Shown piece by piece: positions 37,003 to 47,303 of a stretch of 64,000 bases of DNA (its first letter is position 1; each line of letters starts with the position of its first letter). The position numbers and the translations under genes were made by a program. Origin of the DNA: Candidatus Bathyarchaeota archaeon (lineage in GTDB: Archaea; Thermoproteota; Bathyarchaeia; Bathyarchaeales; Bathycorpusculaceae); assembly GCA_963780185.1 (NCBI GenBank), contig CAWABA010000009.1:160001-224000 (forward strand), written 5' to 3'. The notes below the pieces were generated by a model. It was not told the DNA's origin. It was given only the letters and a program-made list of their open reading frames with translations, and did not search any database.

Positions 37003-37128
37003 ATGAGTAGGAAAGGAGAAACAGGCGAACAAGATCGGGGGAAACCTCAGCCTCGAAAAAAGAAAGAACGGGAAGACGCCCGCAAAAAGAAGAAACTTGA
37101 CCGAGCTGAAAGACAAAAGTCAAGATAG
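37003..37128 (+). CDS. 41-aa highly basic micro-protein, not in the ORF track
   Basis: AAGGAG RBS, then MSRKGETGEQDRGKPQPRKKKEREDARKKKKLDRAERQKSR*. Confidence 0.55.
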   Translation: MSRKGETGEQDRGKPQPRKKKEREDARKKKKLDRAERQKSR

Positions 37129-37229
37129 GCTTGGACAGATTAAATCTTAGTGGTGCTGTCAAAATCAAATAGGAAAGAGACAGAAGGTTGCCTTTTTCGA
37201 ATGTTTCTTCTAATTATGTTCACTTTTTT

Positions 37230-38066
37230 TCAGGGTTGTCCAAGCTTGCTTGCTGCCGAATTAAGCACATTTAACTGAATATTCATGTAGTCTTGGGCGT
37301 TGTGCCACTCGTTTTCGAATGTTGTCTGTGCCATTTTTACAAATTGACGGTTATTGGTCCACATACTGGGCACCTCCGACGAATTACCCGATATGCATAT
37401 GTCCACTTCTTTATCGTTGAAAATCGCTAAGCCAAATTCGAGGGGTGAACAAGAGAATCTTATCTGGAAAAAAGGGCTTTTTGTTAAAGCTTCCAGTTTT
37501 TTGCTTACTAGCGGTCTTAAGTCCTCTTTTTCGGTGACGATGCGGATTTTTGCACTTTTTGCTAAAGCAATTTTCATGTCTTCAAAAAGATTGAAAATGA
37601 CAAAATTCCACGCGAATGCAGGAAAAATCAAGTCGCAAGTCGCGGCTTCTATGAACGATGTCTGAAATTTCTTCACTAAGAGTTGTCTTCCCGAAATGAT
37701 TATGAATTCAGTCGACTCCTCATGGATTATCGAATCAAAATTTTCGTTGTTGCCGTTATTCAAGATGCTTTTCACTTTTTTCCGCAGCATCGTATCCTCA
37801 GATGTCCTCTTCTGAAGAAGCATCTTGAAGCCCTCTTCCCGCGGCGTAGCTTTGTACAATACGGGTGTTGCAACTATTTTCTCTACTAGACCGATTTTTT
37901 CAAGTGTCGGCATTATCCGGTAGATGTCTTGTCGGGCAACGTTAGAAGCCTTGGATATCGTTCTTGCATCCGCTCTGTCCAACTGAGTCAACGCTAAATA
38001 AGACTTCGCTTGTAGACAAGTGAGTCCCAAACTCATTAGTGCTTCAAGCATTTTGTCTCTTTGCAA
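37230..38066 (-). CDS. TrmB-family transcriptional regulator
   Basis: LGLT..QAKSYLAL...ISKASNVARQDIYRIMPTLEKIGLVEK, plus a C-terminal effector domain (IFNDKEV...W.N....F...W). Confidence 0.88.
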   Translation of the reverse strand: MQRDKMLEALMSLGLTCLQAKSYLALTQLDRADARTISKASNVARQDIYRIMPTLEKIGLVEKIVATPVLYKATPREEGFKMLLQKRTSEDTMLRKKVKSILNNGNNENFDSIIHEESTEFIIISGRQLLVKKFQTSFIEAATCDLIFPAFAWNFVIFNLFEDMKIALAKSAKIRIVTEKEDLRPLVSKKLEALTKSPFFQIRFSCSPLEFGLAIFNDKEVDICISGNSSEVPSMWTNNRQFVKMAQTTFENEWHNAQDYMNIQLNVLNSAASKLGQP

Positions 38067-38243
38067 GGGTTCCGTTCTCCCTTACTAAGTGAGCATTCGT
38101 GAGTTCTGAGATTTCGTATTTAACACTTTGGAAAAGCTGAGTCAAAGCGTCCTTTTAGCTGCCGTTTTTCAAAAAAACAGGTAATATTGTCGACAAAAAT
38201 TAATTAAAAAAAGGGAAGGGTGAAGTTTCTGTTTTCCTTCGCT

Positions 38244-40823
38244 TTATGGTCGTTTTCTTTGCATCAGAATTGCCAAGATGGCGACGCAGACCACTATTAC
38301 AACTACTATCGCTGCGAATCCGTACATGATGGTGTTCTGGGTTGTTGTCATGCTCAGAGGTGATGCGGTTGGTGCCTGTGTCGGTGCCGTGGCGCTTGCG
38401 TAGAGGTAGGTCGTGGCTGACGATCCATAGTATGATTGTGTGCCTGCAAAGGTAGCGGTGATTGTGAAGTTGCCTGGAATCTCAGGTGTCCAAGTTATAC
38501 CGTAGTCACCCGCGGCGGATGTTGTAGTTGTGGTGATTGCTCTAGTGTTGTGGTTGGAGTCTGTGACAAAGATTGTTACTGGGACACCGGTTGTGTTGGT
38601 TGGCATTGGCTGCTGCTCGTAAACTGCCTCCATGAACTGTGTCATGCTTGCGTCTGAAACGCATGGTAGTCCCTGTGGGAAGTTTGCTGCAACTGCGTCT
38701 TGTTTTGTGCCTGCGGAGATGTCAGTAACTCTGCCCGAGACGGTTATTGGAGTTGCTGTTGTAACGCCGACGTTAGGTGCTGTGATGGTTGTCTTACTGG
38801 GTCCGAGACCGAAGGCGTATATTTGTCCGTCGTAGCCGTTCCATCCCATTAATTCACCGTCAGCGATAGGCGATGGATCTCTCTGGAAAGCGCCGTTTAT
38901 TTGCCAAACTAGACGACCGTCACTGCAATTCAATGCGATTTTTTCTCCTCCTGGGAATAGCGGCGGGTCATAGCAGCGCCCTTCCGAGAGGAATAGCATT
39001 CCGTCAGCGATGCTTTGAGTATCGAAGACCCATAGTGGATAGACACCGTATGGTGTGTTGTATCCTGCGCTTCCTGTGTTCCATGTCCAATCGAGTTTTC
39101 CAGAAGATAAGTCTACGGCGTTGACGAAGCCTCCTATGTCCCAAATGTATGCTTTGCCGTAAGCGATTGCCGCGCCTCCGTACAGAGTGCTCAACCCGTT
39201 CCCTACGAGTTGGGTTGGTCCCCAGAGTTTAGCGCCCGATATCATCGAATAGCCGTACACTTGGTCTGTGTCTTTATCCATGTTGATGTATGTGCCATTG
39301 CCACCTGCCATAATGCTGAAGTTATGATTTTCTATCAGCGTTTGGTTTGTCGGTCCGAAAAGAACTGCGCCCGTAATGGGGTTGAACGCCATGGCTGTTT
39401 CATAGGATGAACTCCACTGTGAGAACATTGCTCCAAAAGAACTGGCAGCAACGCTTTTCGGTTGTGATGTCAAAAGTATTGCTTGATTGGTTTCTGAAGA
39501 GATGCCAAAAGCTGGGTTAGCATTCGGAACGGGTTTTGTCCACTGGACGCCTACTGTGAAATTGTACGTTCCTGAAGGCTTGAAGTCACCTACATAGTTT
39601 TCAGCGGAGGGACCAACTGCATTTGGACCCGCAAGGCAAAGTGACGAATTCCACATGTTCAGGTAAGCGCCTGTGGCGTTTGAGGTAGTATAATAGATCA
39701 GTATTGAGCCTATGCAGTTAGGTTCGTTGGAGTCTATCAATGCGTTTGTTGATGTTGAGAAGAGGCCTGCTATGCTGCTTGGCACGCTAGTTACCTGCGC
39801 CATAAAGTTGCCTGTAAACGGATCCAGTATGTCGTAGTAGCCGGTTCCGGGGTTGTAGCACCATAAGAATGCTTGAGAACCGAATTCCTCAACTGTGTGG
39901 AAAGAGAGCACTTGACCGTAGACCAGTGTGTCATTGGTGTTCTTTACCCACAATGTTTGTCCATTGAAGAGGTTAACTGCAACAATGCCTGCATAGTCGG
40001 TTTGAGCTGGATACCAACTGTAGAAGAGAATTCCATCCAGAATTATCGGCTCGAAGGTGTGGTAGAGAGGCGAGTTTGCAGCGAAGGAGGTCATTTCGTT
40101 AGCTGGGGTTTCGCCGCCAGGTATGCCTCCGGTTGTGATTAGTTTGGTCCAAACTACGTGAGCCGTCGTTGGTGCGGTGCTGTAGGGTTGGAAGTTGTTT
40201 CCTGAGCCGTCGTATCCGCCTGTATTGTCAAATCCTGGTCTTCCTAAGCCATACCAGTTTCCACCAATCGATTGCGCCCACCAGTAGTTTGATGAGTAGA
40301 TTGGTGTGGTCCAGTAGCTTGTTGGGAGAGGCGTGACTGACCAGTAAGGTATCGGCGATTGTTGCACAACAACTTGTACGGATGGGCTCAATGCGGAATT
40401 TAGCTTGTAGGTTACTCCGCTAAGGGTTCCCAGCGTTTGTCCTGGATATATCCCTTGGAATGTGTAGTTTCCTGCAACTTGAGGCTGGAATTCAACTGCT
40501 GGAACTCCTCCTGTTGTGTCCGTTTCGTATGGTCCGAGAGTCTGGTTGGTTCCGTCTGGCTTAATGATGTTGATTTTCAGGTTTGTGAATGTGTCTCCCA
40601 TCGAGAAGCCAGTGTCGAGTCGCGGTACAGGTTTGGTGAAGAAGAGGGTTATGTAGACGGTTTGGCCGACGCCGACTGGAGTAGGTGATGCATTGATGTA
40701 TAGAAACGTTGGAAGGTTCGTCGTGGTGGTTGTTTGCGCGGATGTTTGTCCTAGCATCATTAGCATTGGAGCTACTAATACTATCATAAGAACTAAAGCA
40801 AAAAAACGATTTTTGTTTTTCAT
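38244..40823 (-). CDS. Large membrane-anchored PQQ-binding-like beta-propeller surface protein
   Basis: Signal peptide, PTPVGVGQ, repeated A.D..G..LW motifs, IADG, GQIYAFGLGPS, and a C-terminal TM helix with an RKRP tail. Confidence 0.88.
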   Translation of the reverse strand: MKNKNRFFALVLMIVLVAPMLMMLGQTSAQTTTTTNLPTFLYINASPTPVGVGQTVYITLFFTKPVPRLDTGFSMGDTFTNLKINIIKPDGTNQTLGPYETDTTGGVPAVEFQPQVAGNYTFQGIYPGQTLGTLSGVTYKLNSALSPSVQVVVQQSPIPYWSVTPLPTSYWTTPIYSSNYWWAQSIGGNWYGLGRPGFDNTGGYDGSGNNFQPYSTAPTTAHVVWTKLITTGGIPGGETPANEMTSFAANSPLYHTFEPIILDGILFYSWYPAQTDYAGIVAVNLFNGQTLWVKNTNDTLVYGQVLSFHTVEEFGSQAFLWCYNPGTGYYDILDPFTGNFMAQVTSVPSSIAGLFSTSTNALIDSNEPNCIGSILIYYTTSNATGAYLNMWNSSLCLAGPNAVGPSAENYVGDFKPSGTYNFTVGVQWTKPVPNANPAFGISSETNQAILLTSQPKSVAASSFGAMFSQWSSSYETAMAFNPITGAVLFGPTNQTLIENHNFSIMAGGNGTYINMDKDTDQVYGYSMISGAKLWGPTQLVGNGLSTLYGGAAIAYGKAYIWDIGGFVNAVDLSSGKLDWTWNTGSAGYNTPYGVYPLWVFDTQSIADGMLFLSEGRCYDPPLFPGGEKIALNCSDGRLVWQINGAFQRDPSPIADGELMGWNGYDGQIYAFGLGPSKTTITAPNVGVTTATPITVSGRVTDISAGTKQDAVAANFPQGLPCVSDASMTQFMEAVYEQQPMPTNTTGVPVTIFVTDSNHNTRAITTTTTSAAGDYGITWTPEIPGNFTITATFAGTQSYYGSSATTYLYASATAPTQAPTASPLSMTTTQNTIMYGFAAIVVVIVVCVAILAILMQRKRP

Positions 40824-41234
40824 TTCTGTTTTTCTCCAATTTCAGAGTCTGCCAAAAAATGTTTTAAGCGTTTGCAAGAAGTGCCTCTTCTGACAACAAA
40901 CACTTCGAGACCCCCAAACAACTAAACAGTTGTCCTCGACCGCACGGCAGAAACCACCGAACCCTCGTCAAATTTGCCGAAAACCACCCGGACCCTGAAA
41001 AAATGTTCACTGCGATTAGACACTAAAACAGTTTTAGACTAAACGAAATAGGAGTTGCAGAAAGAAGGAAAAATGGCTTGTTGCCTCATGCCTGTCCTAG
41101 ATATAAAATAACACAAAACTGAACTTATCTTCAACCGAATCCCTATCTTCTTGATGAATTGTTGGATCCTGATTTTTCTGGAGGCTTTGTGGAGGGGTTA
41201 CTACTTTTTTCGGCTGGAATACCATGTTAAAAAC

Positions 41235-41933
41235 TCAATTCGACGCATTTTTAGTTAATCTCTCAAGCGACGCTTCTCTATCAATACATGCACCACATTG
41301 GTGGCATGGTTGTCCATCTTTTGGCTGGTAACAACTCCACGTCATATCTATTATTCTCTTGAAATTCCTGAAATCTTCAAGCAACTTTCCTTTTCCATCT
41401 TTGCCGTATCCTATAATTGGCGTCTCAATAATGATTGTCTTGTCATTTTCGTTCAGAAGGTAAGCAAATATTTCGTTCATAAGCTTTACAAATTGTACTG
41501 TTGTATCAACGTATTCGTCTCTGAATCCAGTAACTAATACACTTACTTCGCCCCTACTCATCTGACTCTCAATAAAGGAAGCAGCAATTGATAGCAAGAT
41601 CATGTTTCGATTCTCAAGACAAGGGTTGGGACCGAAATTTCCTTGGATTAATTGACATTTGCTCCAACCAAATATGCGATTTTGTTTTTCTACATTTTCG
41701 GCTAATAAGATGCGCTTTGGTTTTTCTATGCGTACCGCTGTGTCCTTAATAATTGAAGGTAATTCTTTGGAAATATTGCATACAGCCTTCCACTCCTCGT
41801 TCCTCGCTTTTTGGCCATAATCCAAGAATATTGGTTGAAACTCAATGAAGTCTTTCTTATCCTGTATTCGTTTTAATGTTGCAAGGGTAGAGTCTATTCC
41901 CCCTGACAATAAAGAGTATAACTTTCTAACCAA
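41235..41933 (-). CDS. queC: Divergent QueC-like PP-loop ATP pyrophosphatase (7-cyano-7-deazaguanine synthase family)
   Basis: SGGIDS, DYGQ, RN.ILLS.A and TWSCY...PCHQCGACIDR. AT-rich. Confidence 0.8.
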   Translation of the reverse strand: MVRKLYSLLSGGIDSTLATLKRIQDKKDFIEFQPIFLDYGQKARNEEWKAVCNISKELPSIIKDTAVRIEKPKRILLAENVEKQNRIFGWSKCQLIQGNFGPNPCLENRNMILLSIAASFIESQMSRGEVSVLVTGFRDEYVDTTVQFVKLMNEIFAYLLNENDKTIIIETPIIGYGKDGKGKLLEDFRNFKRIIDMTWSCYQPKDGQPCHQCGACIDREASLERLTKNASN

Positions 41934-42009
41934 GGGTTACCCATCTGTATTACGTATTGTTGATATCTCTGTATTTACGTTTGCTGATTAGATGGCGAGT
42001 AAGGGTCGT

Positions 42010-42414
42010 TTATGGGTTTTTATTGTTGAGTGTTTTTCGTATGTCGTTGATTTTGTCAAGCAGTTTTGTTTCGGTGTTTTCTTGGGGTTTGGCTTCGGGT
42101 GGGGGTGCGGGGTTTGCTGGCTCTTCGTTTGTCGGGCTGATTGTAACTTCGAAAATGCAGCCTGTGAGGTCTTTTTCTTCTTTTTCCTGCAGGATTTCCA
42201 TCACGAGTTTGGGGATGGTTAGGCGTCCGTCGGTTGCCATTTTTGCGAGGAATTCTTCTTCTTCGCCGAAGTTTACTGGGCTGAGGGGTTTGGCGCGTAC
42301 GTTTAGGAGTTGGGTGGGTTCGATTTTGTAGCGCCAGCGGAGGAGTTTGGGGATGGTGATTCGGTTGTGGCGTTGCAGCCGAGTTTTGAATGTTGCTTGT
42401 TCAGTCAGCGGCAT
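42010..42414 (-). CDS. Protein with two tandem AbrB/SpoVT-like domains
   Basis: F.TRLQRHNRITIPKL and FLAKMATDGRLTIPKL repeats. Confidence 0.75.
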   Translation of the reverse strand: MPLTEQATFKTRLQRHNRITIPKLLRWRYKIEPTQLLNVRAKPLSPVNFGEEEEFLAKMATDGRLTIPKLVMEILQEKEEKDLTGCIFEVTISPTNEEPANPAPPPEAKPQENTETKLLDKINDIRKTLNNKNP

Positions 42415-42420
42415 GTACAA

Positions 42421-42490
42421 TTCACCTTTCTGTACCGTTTAGTATCGTTTTATACCTTTTTACACCTTTTTAAACCTTCTTTCACCCTAA
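42421..42490. repeat. Seven degenerate 10-bp tandem repeats upstream of the double-AbrB gene
   Basis: TTCACCTTTC TGTACCGTTT AGTATCGTTT TATACCTTTT TACACCTTTT TAAACCTTCT TTCACCCTAA. Confidence 0.65.
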
Positions 42491-42702
42491 CCTAAACGCA
42501 AACCAAGCCCCAAAACAAAAAAACAACCCAAAACACAAACAACAAAAAACGACACCCTACCCCAATCTTACAACAACCACACAAGCATAAAACTGCACCT
42601 TCCTCCATCAAGCCTAGCCCAGTTTAAGTGAACGCCAGCCGCCGACCCTGACTGTCGACAGAATAGCTAACGGACACAAACTACGCTAAACAGCAACTAA
42701 AC

Positions 42703-42909
42703 TTAGAGAAAACCCAGAATACGCATGACTACAGTGACCAAGAAGCCTAAGCCGCAGCCCAACGCCGTCACCCGCAAGACACCTTTGTCGAGAGGTAGGC
42801 GTGAGGCAAAGTCCGGCAGCGAATACAGCAGCTCAGAGGTGACAAGCAGCACCACAGCGGTTACTGCGAGCCACAGGCTAAGGTCGGATACGCCGAGAGG
42901 AAAAAACAT
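42703..42909 (-). CDS. Small membrane protein of the glycan cluster
   Basis: 68 aa, two TM helices, SLWLA..A..LL.TSELL. Confidence 0.75.
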   Translation of the reverse strand: MFFPLGVSDLSLWLAVTAVVLLVTSELLYSLPDFASRLPLDKGVLRVTALGCGLGFLVTVVMRILGFL

Positions 42910-42920
42910 GCCGTGTGCAC

Positions 42921-43718
42921 CTAGATAAAGTTGAATACCGCGTGGACGCCGCCGTTGACGGGAAAGAAAACCTGCTCCTTGACGACGACAGTTTTGCCCG
43001 AGGCTTTAGCAAGTATGCTTGCGACAGCGCTAACAACTGGGCAACCCAAAATACCGACGCTTCTCATAGGAGGATCAGCACGGTACAGGTTCTGATACAG
43101 AAGCCCCGTCGCGTCTAAGCTAACCCCGTTTTCTGTCAGCGACACCTCAGCGGATTTAGCTAAATTAAACGTCTCCGTTAAGCACCTGGGCAGAAAATCC
43201 ATCAACTCACGAACTTCGACTTTGCTAAAGTCCACGTTAACCTTCTTTTCCATCTGAGCCATAAGCTCCGAACCTGGACAAGTGATAAACACGCCGCGGG
43301 CTTTCTCCGACATAAACTTCCCCTCAGCCAACTCATCAGCCGAAGGCTTCCCATCGAAATCGTCAGAAATGAAAACAACAGGCTCCCTTAAGTTTTCAAG
43401 GTACTGTGGAAGGAAGACGCCTTGAGGGTAAGGAGGAATATAGTAGCCTTTGCCTTCAAACTTCAAATCTTTAATCATTCGGTCAAACGTCGAGTAAGCC
43501 GATTTTGCTGTGCTATCCAGAAGCCCCCGTTCAACGTACCTGTCGTTTCGGGCAAGGGCAAAGACGGCGCCCCAGAAAACTAAGCCTAACCCGACAAAAG
43601 CCGCAACCTCCAGCTCAAAAATCACGGAGACAGCAAGCACCATGATGCCTAGGGCTAAGAAAAAAGCAGCAACCGTTAGGGCGTTACTTCTTATTTTGTT
43701 TTCAGATTTCAATAACAA
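42921..43718 (-). CDS. N-terminally membrane-anchored hypothetical protein
   Basis: Two N-terminal TM helices and a soluble domain with GCPVVSAVA. GAGGTG RBS. Confidence 0.8.
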   Translation of the reverse strand: MLLKSENKIRSNALTVAAFFLALGIMVLAVSVIFELEVAAFVGLGLVFWGAVFALARNDRYVERGLLDSTAKSAYSTFDRMIKDLKFEGKGYYIPPYPQGVFLPQYLENLREPVVFISDDFDGKPSADELAEGKFMSEKARGVFITCPGSELMAQMEKKVNVDFSKVEVRELMDFLPRCLTETFNLAKSAEVSLTENGVSLDATGLLYQNLYRADPPMRSVGILGCPVVSAVASILAKASGKTVVVKEQVFFPVNGGVHAVFNFI

Positions 43719-43820
43719 AACACCTCAAAACTGAACAACCCAAAAAACCTTAGCGTCCTGAACATCAGTGTCCTAAGCCGAGTTTAAGGATTTTGACAGG
43801 GACCTTCTTGATTCTGCCTA

Positions 43821-45920
43821 TCATGGAACCTCGCCTTCATACACTTGGTTTGCGCCGTTGGAGTAGATAAGATCGGTTTGGTTAAGAATAGGCACCAAGG
43901 TGTTGTTCCAAGCCATTTTCTGATTGTTTACGCTGAGGGAGCTTAAACTCACGAATTGCCCTGGAGATACATAGGTTGTGTTAGAGATGTCCTGCATGTA
44001 TCCAGGCCAGATGAGACCGTAGCCTGTGAGAGCGGAAGCAATTCCGTGGTCGATTATTATGCCTTTTTGGTAGGGAACGTTGCCGTAGATCCATTGAGCG
44101 CAGCATACGCTGCTGCCGTCAACGATTCTGAAATGGTCGTAGAGCATCAGTGGGCTCATTCGGTATCCGCTGAGGGGAAGAGACCAGCTTTCAGTCTTAG
44201 CTACTTCATAAACGAAATTTGTCTGAAACAGAAAATACGGAACCAAAATAACCACGATCAACAACGCAAAAAGCAGTTTCTTCTCACGTTTAAAAACCGC
44301 CTGAATCGCCGTCCACATGCCCACTATGCAGAAAGGCGCCAAAAATATTAGAAGTATATGGTAGAACCGCGTCATGTTCAAAGTATCAGCTAACCCCGGA
44401 ACCACCACCAAAGCAACCAAAAAAGCCACAGCAATCAAGCTAAATACCGTATATTCTCTGTCGAAACGAAAATGAGTCTTCTTCAAAAGCAAAGCAGCTA
44501 TACCAACTACAATGAACAGTTCAGTCAGGTACGCAAAGCCTCTGCTGATGGTGTTAAGCATCGAGGGCGACTGCGCTAAGCCTAACCCAGCTAAAACTTC
44601 CTGTCCTCTGGAAGCGGGCGTAAAGATTCCGCCAAATTGAGAAGCAACCGTGGTTGCGAACGAAGTAAAGCTGTTGAAGACGACGGAGCCTGAAGTGAAA
44701 ATGTACCAGGCAAACATTGCTACCAAGAAAAACAGAATCATGTTTGATTTCAAAGTAAAATTTGGGTGCTTCAGATAAATCGACGCCAGCCACGCGACGA
44801 AAATTAGCAGGAGAAAGATTTCTGCCAATGCGTAATGGGAAAAGATTAAGGCGACGCTGAAGACCGCGAAACTGGTGAATTTGACCCCGCCTTTGATCTT
44901 CTTGTTTACTAAAAGAAGCAGCAACAGGACAAAGAATAATTCGCCGACCATCTGGCGGTTTAGACCGGGTAGTTCTGTGAAGAATGTTATGTCAGCCATG
45001 AATAGGAAGGCTGCGAAGAAAGAGAGTTTCTTGCCGATGTAGGGATGCCACAGAGCGTAGAGACCGAGGGGCACTAATGCGAAAAGGAGTGGAGTAATTA
45101 TTTTGTAAACCCAGGTTAACGAGAAACCCAGCATGTTTGAGTACACTGTTGGGAGGATTGTGATGCTGAGCATTGCGTTGTATCTGCCGAACACGAGGTC
45201 GGAGGGTGAGAACACTGGGTTCCAATGTGAAAGCAGCTGAGTTTGTCCAGCTACCAGCAACTCGTTTGCTGAGTCGCTTCCGCCTGGCTGAACAAAGTTA
45301 GAGATCAAGGATGTCTGAAACAGCAATGCTAAGGCAATCATGCAGATGGCGAAGGGGTAGACGCTTGTGGCCTTTGAATAAAACGCCACTGCAGTGAACA
45401 GCAAGGCGATGGAAACTATCATCAGCAACAGGAAAGAACTGTTGCCTGTTACGTTGACAAGGTAGGTTCCAAAAATGCTTAAGAGGGGAATTAGAGATAG
45501 CAGCAAGAACGACGGCGAAAAGTCTTGATTTCGGGGTGCAGAAGTGGGTTCTTCTTTTCTCTGCCGAGCATATGCTACAGTCGCGCCGACAAGAATCAGG
45601 GTATTTATGAATAAGGACAAAGGCAAGGTTGAAAGCGGGAAGCCAAAACCAACGATTGAGCCAACCTCGTTTATCGCTAGTCCTGAAAGCATGATGAAAG
45701 CTACGCTGAAGCCGACAGCGTAGAGAATGTATTCGGTAGTGCCTAATTCAAGTTTTAGAAGTTTTATGAAAATGATGCCTGGGATGAAAGTCAGGTAGAT
45801 TAGACCGACTGTTTCTCTGACAGCGGGTAAATTGAGGAAGAGCGAAATGTACATTATGATTTGTAGAAAAACCACAATGAATAGAAAGTTACTCGGAAAG
45901 TATTTTGAACTAAGACCCAT
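43821..45920 (-). CDS. DUF2206-family polytopic membrane protein (GT-C-like)
   Basis: Many TM helices, YLTFIPG, VGFSV, MLSITILPTVYS, WVYKII.P and RQMVGELF. Confidence 0.8.
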   Translation of the reverse strand: MGLSSKYFPSNFLFIVVFLQIIMYISLFLNLPAVRETVGLIYLTFIPGIIFIKLLKLELGTTEYILYAVGFSVAFIMLSGLAINEVGSIVGFGFPLSTLPLSLFINTLILVGATVAYARQRKEEPTSAPRNQDFSPSFLLLSLIPLLSIFGTYLVNVTGNSSFLLLMIVSIALLFTAVAFYSKATSVYPFAICMIALALLFQTSLISNFVQPGGSDSANELLVAGQTQLLSHWNPVFSPSDLVFGRYNAMLSITILPTVYSNMLGFSLTWVYKIITPLLFALVPLGLYALWHPYIGKKLSFFAAFLFMADITFFTELPGLNRQMVGELFFVLLLLLLVNKKIKGGVKFTSFAVFSVALIFSHYALAEIFLLLIFVAWLASIYLKHPNFTLKSNMILFFLVAMFAWYIFTSGSVVFNSFTSFATTVASQFGGIFTPASRGQEVLAGLGLAQSPSMLNTISRGFAYLTELFIVVGIAALLLKKTHFRFDREYTVFSLIAVAFLVALVVVPGLADTLNMTRFYHILLIFLAPFCIVGMWTAIQAVFKREKKLLFALLIVVILVPYFLFQTNFVYEVAKTESWSLPLSGYRMSPLMLYDHFRIVDGSSVCCAQWIYGNVPYQKGIIIDHGIASALTGYGLIWPGYMQDISNTTYVSPGQFVSLSSLSVNNQKMAWNNTLVPILNQTDLIYSNGANQVYEGEVP

Positions 45921-45968
45921 TTTTGCACCAGAACTAGACTGATTCTTGCAGAATGCTAACTACCCAAT

Positions 45969-46925
45969 TTAGCTGATTCTTCGACGTTCAAAAGAGGAGA
46001 AGTTGCCTACCTTTATCTCTTTTAGATGCCTCAGCATGTTAATTTGTGCTTTAATGGTGAAAAAGGTAGACTTGGCATTTCTACCCAAGAGGTTGATCAT
46101 GAGACGACCGAAAAAGATACCGTAGATAAAATTGATGACATTCCAAGGGGTTTGTTTTATGTTTTTGAAGAAGAAGTAGGTGTGATAAGATATTTCCATT
46201 TGAACTCTGTATTCAGGGGTTATTCTTCCCAGCTGCGAACCCTTATGGATCAACTTCGCCTGCGGGATCAAGTATAAGGAGTTGGGGTAGCTTTTTTGTA
46301 CGCGATAAGAGATATCCATATCCTCGCAGAGGGAATACTTCTTCAAGTTTTCGTCCCATCTAATCGTATTCAATATTTTTCTTTTGAAACATGAATTTGC
46401 TCCGGGAAGCCACTGTGAATTGATTGTTCGCGTCAGGGGTATCGGATAGGAAATCGCTGTAGGCAGCACTCGGCACTTGTCTTTTTCATAGAAGTAAAAT
46501 AGGAAAGTTCTGTTAATCGCGTTTGTGCGGGGGTTCGGCCAGTAATCGGGGCTTCGTATGTATCCGCCTACGCCTAAAGCATCGGGATGATTGCCGTGAA
46601 ACTCCAATATTTCCTTCAAGTAGTTTTTGTCTAAAACAACGTCGTCGTCCAAGCTGACGTGAATTTCGCATGTTGAATGCGCTAGTCCTATGTTTCGAGC
46701 TTCTGCCAGACCTTTTCCTTTGCCACGGACATACTCAATCTCAATGTTCTTTTCCGAAAAGTCTCCCGCAACGCGATTCACCAGCTTCTCAGTCTCCTGG
46801 TTTTTGCTGTCATCTACGATAATTACTTTTTTGGGAAGCACTGTTTGTTCCAGAATAGATGATAGAAGTGACTCTATGACTTCAGCACGGTTTAGGGTCG
46901 GGATAGCAATCGAACAATCAGCCAT
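45969..46925 (-). CDS. Glycosyltransferase family 2
   Basis: IPTLNR, IVDDS, ARN.G, LDDD and EDMDISYR. Confidence 0.9.
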   Translation of the reverse strand: MADCSIAIPTLNRAEVIESLLSSILEQTVLPKKVIIVDDSKNQETEKLVNRVAGDFSEKNIEIEYVRGKGKGLAEARNIGLAHSTCEIHVSLDDDVVLDKNYLKEILEFHGNHPDALGVGGYIRSPDYWPNPRTNAINRTFLFYFYEKDKCRVLPTAISYPIPLTRTINSQWLPGANSCFKRKILNTIRWDENLKKYSLCEDMDISYRVQKSYPNSLYLIPQAKLIHKGSQLGRITPEYRVQMEISYHTYFFFKNIKQTPWNVINFIYGIFFGRLMINLLGRNAKSTFFTIKAQINMLRHLKEIKVGNFSSFERRRIS

Positions 46926-47303
46926 CTCAAAACATCCGTTGGCTTTCGTTTTTAACTACATGCCTAGTTTATTTGACTCGTATTTGTGATGGAATTTTGA
47001 TGTAAATACTGATACCCCCTCCCCTCGGTCTTTGAAGCCATTTTTACCTCGGTTTTTAGATGTAAAAATGGGGGACCCTTCTTGGGTAGGTGGTTTTTGG
47101 TTAGGGGTTGTTTCGGGCTGGATCTTTATTTTAGAGCCCAAATCAAGCAGAATGTGACCGCGTTCTCAAGGCGGAAAACAAATGGACTGCTTATTCTTTT
47201 AGGTATAAACCCATTCATACCTTCTCCCGATGACGTCTGATTTAAAGCGGGCTTTTTTCAGGTCGCCTTTTTGGTTTAGGGCTTGAACCGTTTGCAGGTG
47301 ACT

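Noticed and set aside
46956-47141. 61-aa ORF in the glycan-cluster spacer
   Set aside because: Compositionally skewed with no motif. It cannot be supported.
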